64,000 nucleotides of DNA from Alphaproteobacteria bacterium (GTDB taxonomy: Bacteria; Pseudomonadota; Alphaproteobacteria; UBA7887), in NCBI GenBank assembly GCA_965216755.1, contig CBDCGL010000011.1:928001-992000 (forward strand), written 5' to 3'. The notes below the pieces were generated by a model. The model was not told the origin of the DNA and ran no database searches. It worked only from the letters and a program-made list of their open reading frames with translations. Positions 63,551 through 64,000 of the stretch are shown piece after piece; the first letter of the stretch is position 1, and each line of letters begins with the position of its first letter. The position numbers and the translations under genes were made by a program.

Positions 63551-64000
63551 TCCGACCTGGTACGCATCTCCTGCTCGTGTTGGGCACGCTGTTGGTCGGC
63601 ATCGTTCTGGTCGCCCCCGCGCTCGCCACGGACGCGCGCTACCAAACCGCCTTGCGTCTTTTCCATGCCGGCGCATTTGATACCGCGCGTGCGGTGGCGA
63701 CGGGCCTCGGCACTGCCGATGGATTTGCGCTCGCGGCCAGAGCGGCCAGTGCGGAGGGAGCGTATCTCGCTCCTGAGGGCTCACGCAGGGCGCATTTCGA
63801 AGACGCCGAGCACCTGTGCCAGGCCGCCCTGGCGTTGAAACCCAATCACATTGAAGCACGAATGCAGTTGGTGGTCGCGATTGGCCATCGGTCGCGGACG
63901 ATGACGCCGCTGCGCGCGTATTTCTCGGGGTTGGCAACCAAAGCGCGCACGATCATCGATAGTCTGGCCACGACGGAAGACGACAATCCGTTTTTTCATG
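63547..64000 (+). CDS. Secreted TPR-like protein, paralogue of 60671-61450 (runs off window end)
   Basis: Not in ORF track; ATGA overlap; hand translation MIRPGTHLLLVLGTLLVGIVLVAPALATDARYQTALRLFHAGAFDTARAVATGLGTADGFALAARA...QAALALKPNHIEARMQL. Confidence 0.75.
   Translation, partial: MIRPGTHLLLVLGTLLVGIVLVAPALATDARYQTALRLFHAGAFDTARAVATGLGTADGFALAARAASAEGAYLAPEGSRRAHFEDAEHLCQAALALKPNHIEARMQLVVAIGHRSRTMTPLRAYFSGLATKARTIIDSLATTEDDNPFFH

Noticed and set aside
400-63999. Many long overlapping or antisense ORFs in the track (e.g. 26585-27526, 42241-43002, 55667-56527)
   Set aside because: Shadow frames of well-supported genes in GC-rich DNA, with no motifs
1-64000. CRISPR array, integrase, transposase, prophage or defence genes
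   Set aside because: No repeat-spacer periodicity or matching protein motifs seen by eye

Overview
About 60% GC alphaproteobacterial chromosome segment, probably Rhodospirillales-like judging by gene order. Positions 1-39.7 kb hold the conserved minus-strand backbone tRNA-Leu, tig, clpP, clpX, lon, hupB, tRNA-Val ... tRNA-Asp, nuoA-N, birA, coaX, rnj, mce, DUF1467, proS, lolC/E. An ~11 kb accessory block sits between tRNA-Val and tRNA-Asp (LLM monooxygenase, atypical crotonases, GST, ThDP enzyme, msrB, CDF). Positions 39.9-48.4 kb carry a cytochrome P460, an Lrp-regulated AceE-like E1, matA, nnr and a stand-alone PodJ-N-terminal-like protein. Positions 48.7-64 kb form an envelope/uptake region: an OprO/P porin with a Pho box, a sigma54-driven candidate sRNA, a HK + sigma54 response regulator, a TonB-dependent receptor with very acidic loops (resembles the LutH/LanA lanthanide-uptake type from recall), exbB-exbD-exbD, a 591-aa TonB, and Sel1/TPR and unknown lipoprotein genes. 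Three candidate small transcripts not shown by the ORF track were found by eye (about 2716-2885 +, about 31841-32030 - with a 26-codon ORF behind a 15-16 nt 16S-complementary SD, and about 50499-50639 +), plus a REPIN-like hairpin. All family names come from motif recognition; no database searches were run.
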